From positions 420,001 to 452,000 of the forward strand of contig NC_010296.1 of NCBI RefSeq assembly GCF_000010625.1: 32,000 nucleotides of DNA. The letters are read 5' to 3'. Shown one piece after another: positions 29,329 through 32,000 of this stretch (positions are counted from its first letter, which is position 1; each line of letters opens with the position of its first letter). Under the pieces are notes generated by a model. That model had not been told where the DNA came from, did not search any database, and worked only from the letters and a program-made list of their open reading frames with translations. A program made the translations under genes and the position numbers. The stretch is from Microcystis aeruginosa NIES-843. GTDB lineage: Bacteria > Cyanobacteriota > Cyanobacteriia > Cyanobacteriales > Microcystaceae.

Positions 29329-29748
29329 ATGGAGATAGCGATCGTGTCTAAATTAAAATACGGTGTTTATTTTCTACCCTACAATCCCGATTTAGTCCCT
29401 AGAGCCAAGGAAATGCGAAAAAATCCCACACCGACAGAAAAAAAGTTATGGGCTTTTCTCCGACAATTTCCCTTAAAAATGTGGCGACAGCGACCGATCG
29501 ATCATTTTATCGTTGATTTCTATTGTCCGAAGTTGAAATTAGTGATCGAGGTGGATGGGGAGGTTCATCTTACTCCGGAGGCAATGGCTTATGATGCTAG
29601 AAGAACGAAGGTTTTAGAGGGATACGGATTAACGGTGATCCGTTTCACCAATGATGAGGTTAAATACGATTTCGAGGCGGTTTGTGAGAAAATATCGGGG
29701 TTTATTTCTTCGCTTCCTGTCTGTACGGAGCTTGGTGATCCCCCCTAG
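29329..29748 (+). CDS. DUF559 (Vsr-like endonuclease fold) protein
   Basis: AGGAG precedes the ATG. The sequence MRKNPTPTEKKLWAFLR...WRQRPIDHFIVDFYCPKLKLVIEVDGEVH...RTKVLEGYGLTVIRFTNDEV is the DUF559 signature. Confidence 0.8.
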   Translation: MEIAIVSKLKYGVYFLPYNPDLVPRAKEMRKNPTPTEKKLWAFLRQFPLKMWRQRPIDHFIVDFYCPKLKLVIEVDGEVHLTPEAMAYDARRTKVLEGYGLTVIRFTNDEVKYDFEAVCEKISGFISSLPVCTELGDPP

Positions 29749-29880
29749 CCCCCCTTTTCAAGGCTATCCCCCCTAGCCCCCCTTTTCAAGGCTATCCCCC
29801 CTAGCCCCCCTTTTCAAGGCTATCCCCCCTAGCCCCCCTTTTCAAGGCTATCCCCCCTAGCCCCCCTTTTCAAGGGGGGA
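29739..29880 (+). repeat. 28-bp tandem repeat (4 perfect units plus 1 variant), TCCCCCCTAGCCCCCCTTTTCAAGGCTA
   Basis: Direct reading. The last unit ends CCCCCCTTTTCAAGGGGGGA, and an inverted partner CCCCCTTGAAAAGGGGGATTTAGGGGGA lies at about 29947-29975. The DUF559 stop codon lies in unit 1. Confidence 0.9.
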
Positions 29881-30496
29881 ACCGGAATCGGAATCGGAGC
29901 GCGGTAGGGGTGCTGGTGGTGAGACGGGCGCTATGGCTGCGTAAGTCCCCCTTGAAAAGGGGGATTTAGGGGGATAAAAAGTCCCGCTTCCCACCAGTGA
30001 TTCCCGATGCTTCTCAATTGATCGCATAAATATAAGGAACCCTCACGAATATGAAATGGCAACGAATAGTATTCTCACAACTGTATTTAGAACCTTCAAG
30101 AAATGGAATATATAAATCACAAGAAAATCATGGCACTGGTATTAAAATTATAAATATGGGTGAGTTATTCGGATATGATTTTATTGCGGATCAGCCGATG
30201 AAACGTATTTCAATGACCGATTCAGAGATCGATAGATTTTGTTTACAAAATGGCGATCTACTATTCGGGCGAAGATCTTTAGTAGAATCTGGTGCTGGTA
30301 AATGCTCACTTATCGATAATATGATCGAGAAAACCACCTTTGAATCATCGATTATTCGGGTTAGGCTAGATCCTAATTTGGCATTACCTAAATTTTATTA
30401 TTACTGGTTTAAATCTTTAAGAGGAAGTGGTGCTATACGAGCTATAGTAACAGGAACTAATGTCAAAGGGATTAAGGGAAGCGACTTAAAAAATAT

Positions 30497-30683
30497 GGCT
30501 CTTCGGTAATTGTTATGCAATGGACGGGGGTTATAAGGGATGGAACCCTTATATAGAAAGGCGTTTAGCGATTTTTGTCAATTGTTTTTGATCTAAAGCG
30601 AACTCATCAATTAAGTCTTTTGCCAGATAAGGATTTAGTCAATTTATGCCCCCCTATCGAACCATACCAAGTAACGAAGAGCC
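30497..30683 (-). mobile_element. MITE-B copy 4 (inverted), in hsdS
   Basis: The 8-bp TSD AAAAATAT lies at 30489-30496 and 30684-30691. Confidence 0.85.
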
Positions 30684-31028
30684 AAAAATATAATAGTTGA
30701 TTATCCTTCAATTATTACTCAACAGAAAATCGCCGATATCCTCTCCAAATATGATGATTTAATCGAAAATAATCGCCGCCGCATCGAGTTATTAGAACGT
30801 TCAGCCCGCTTACTTTACAAGGAATGGTTCGTCCGTTTACGCTTCCCCGGACACGAACACACCCCGATTATTGATGGTATTCCTGAAGGGTGGGAGAATA
30901 CAAAAATTACTAATTTATGTTATGTGATTGATGGAACTCACGATAGTCCTAAACCCGTACATGAAGGATACTATTTAGTAACTGGAAGACATATAACAGA
31001 TGGTTTTATTGATTTTTCTAAATGCTAT

Positions 31029-31209
31029 TGGGACTTAGGCGTTTTCGGTCAGCAAAAAAGGCTCAAACCATTACGGGACAAAGGGTTAACCTCGATTTAT
31101 GATTTTCCTTGATATATCTGGGTTTCAGCGATTTTGGGCTTCTCGAAGTAAATCCCAAGCGGGGATTGGAGTTGAAGCTTTTCTCGATTTGTTTTTTGTC
31201 TAAGTCCCA
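31029..31209 (+). mobile_element. MITE-C copy 2, in hsdS
   Basis: TIR is TGGGACTTAG / CTAAGTCCCA. The 4-bp TSD CTAT lies at 31025-31028 and 31210-31213. Confidence 0.85.
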
Positions 31210-31736
31210 CTATGTGATTACTGATGAAGACCATCAAAAGGTTATGCAAAGGAGCAGACCAGAAACAGGAGATATAATTTTTTCAAATATCGGGACATTA
31301 GGTTCAACGGTTTTGGTAGATAATGAATTCGAGTTTAGTATAAAAAATGTAGCTTTATTTAAACCTTTTGACAAAAACTATTCTAGTTTTATATTTTTAT
31401 ATTTTTCCGATCCTGCTACTTTAAGAAAAATGGAAATTCAGTCTTCTGGAACATCACAAAAGTTTTTTAGTTTGAAATTTTTAAGAGGCTTGCATATACT
31501 TACTCCTAATAAAACTCTTCTTAGATTATTTAATGATGTAGTCGAGCCAGCGTTAAAACAACGCTCTCTATTGCATAAATACAATCAAAAACTAAAACAA
31601 GCGCGTGACATACTACTTCCGAAACTTATGAATGGAGAGATCGAGGTGTAGAGGCGAAAGAGCGATCGCACCTGTAAAAATCCCTGAAAATTGGCAATAT
31701 TAATAAAATAAACCACTCCCCTGCACAATCGACCCT

Positions 31737-32000
31737 ATGACCACCGAGGATAAAGTACAACAACTCACCGCCAACTGTCTGCGAGATCAACTTGGTTGGC
31801 AGAGTGTCTATGCTTATAATCAAGAGGATTACGGTGAAAACAGCCTGCTCGGACGGCAAAATCAGAAAGAAGTTATCCTCAAACGCTACCTAAAACAGAA
31901 ATTACGAGAATTTAACCCCAATCTTCCCGAAGAAGCCTATAAATCCGCCATTCTCCAAATCGAAGAAATCAACTCTAGTCAAACCCTTCTGGCCACCAAT
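31737..32000 (+). CDS. hsdR: Type I restriction enzyme R subunit HsdR, N-terminal part (runs off the window)
   Basis: An open frame from the ATG at 31737 reads MTTEDKVQQLTANCLRDQLGWQSVYAYNQEDYGENSLLGRQNQKEVILKRYLKQKLREFNPNLPEE, an HsdR-type N-terminus. It is absent from the ORF track because it has no stop in the window. The position after hsdM and hsdS supports the call. Confidence 0.65.
   Translation, partial: MTTEDKVQQLTANCLRDQLGWQSVYAYNQEDYGENSLLGRQNQKEVILKRYLKQKLREFNPNLPEEAYKSAILQIEEINSSQTLLATN

Larger units (their letters stand above)
30051..31651 (+). pseudogene. hsdS: Type I R-M specificity subunit HsdS, interrupted by MITE-B and MITE-C
   Basis: Removing 30497-30683 (+8-bp TSD) and 31029-31209 (+4-bp TSD) yields one 406-aa frame. 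It contains TRD1, the central conserved region (ITQQKIADILSKYDDLIENNRRRIELLERSARLLYKEWFVRLRFPGHE), TRD2 and the C-terminal conserved helix (LKQARDILLPKLMNGEIEV). Confidence 0.85.

Noticed and set aside
29739-29880. Possible CRISPR array (28-bp direct repeats)
   Set aside because: The units are contiguous with no spacers, and no cas genes are nearby. It is a simple tandem repeat of one arm of a palindromic element.
31626-31859. 77-aa minus-strand ORF
   Set aside because: It is antisense to the hsdS 3' end and the hsdR 5' end, and the plus-strand hsdR frame has a recognisable N-terminal sequence.

Overview
Everything here comes from manual reading and alignment of repeated copies. No database or covariance-model search was run, family names rest on recognised motifs, and element ends are accurate to about 1-2 bp.

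The window looks like a Microcystis-type cyanobacterial chromosome segment. HIP1 GCGATCGC sites occur in the native genes, there is a PEP-CTERM protein, and the IS/MITE load is extreme.

Only about 3 kb (17.4-20.2 kb) looks like undisturbed core genome: a vapBC-like pair, sixA and a DHH phosphoesterase. The rest is accessory DNA riddled with nested mobile elements.

1. **Group II intron array.** An approximately 785-bp ORF-less group II intron (GTGCG...AC, textbook domain V and VI) is present as four tandem, near-identical copies plus a fragment at the window edge. All copies sit in the GGGTGTG/GGGTGTA heptamer tract of a 215-bp MITE. That MITE lies inside an IS701-like transposase gene, and the IS has truncated a PIN toxin gene.
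2. **Second nest (22.8-27.1 kb).** Five levels of insertion, just upstream of a Type I R-M locus.
3. **Type I R-M locus.** The order is hsdM, a DUF559 nuclease-like gene, hsdS, then the hsdR start. hsdM and hsdS are each broken by MITE insertions whose clean excision restores the reading frames.
4. **Toxin-antitoxin pairs.** Three pairs each have the toxin gene disrupted by a mobile element while the antitoxin is intact.
5. **Surface protein genes.** A cohesin-like/cadherin/dockerin-like gene is split by an IS. It lies next to a paralogous cohesin-like PEP-CTERM gene.

Several MITE families can be tied to autonomous IS elements in the same window through shared termini and target-site duplication lengths.
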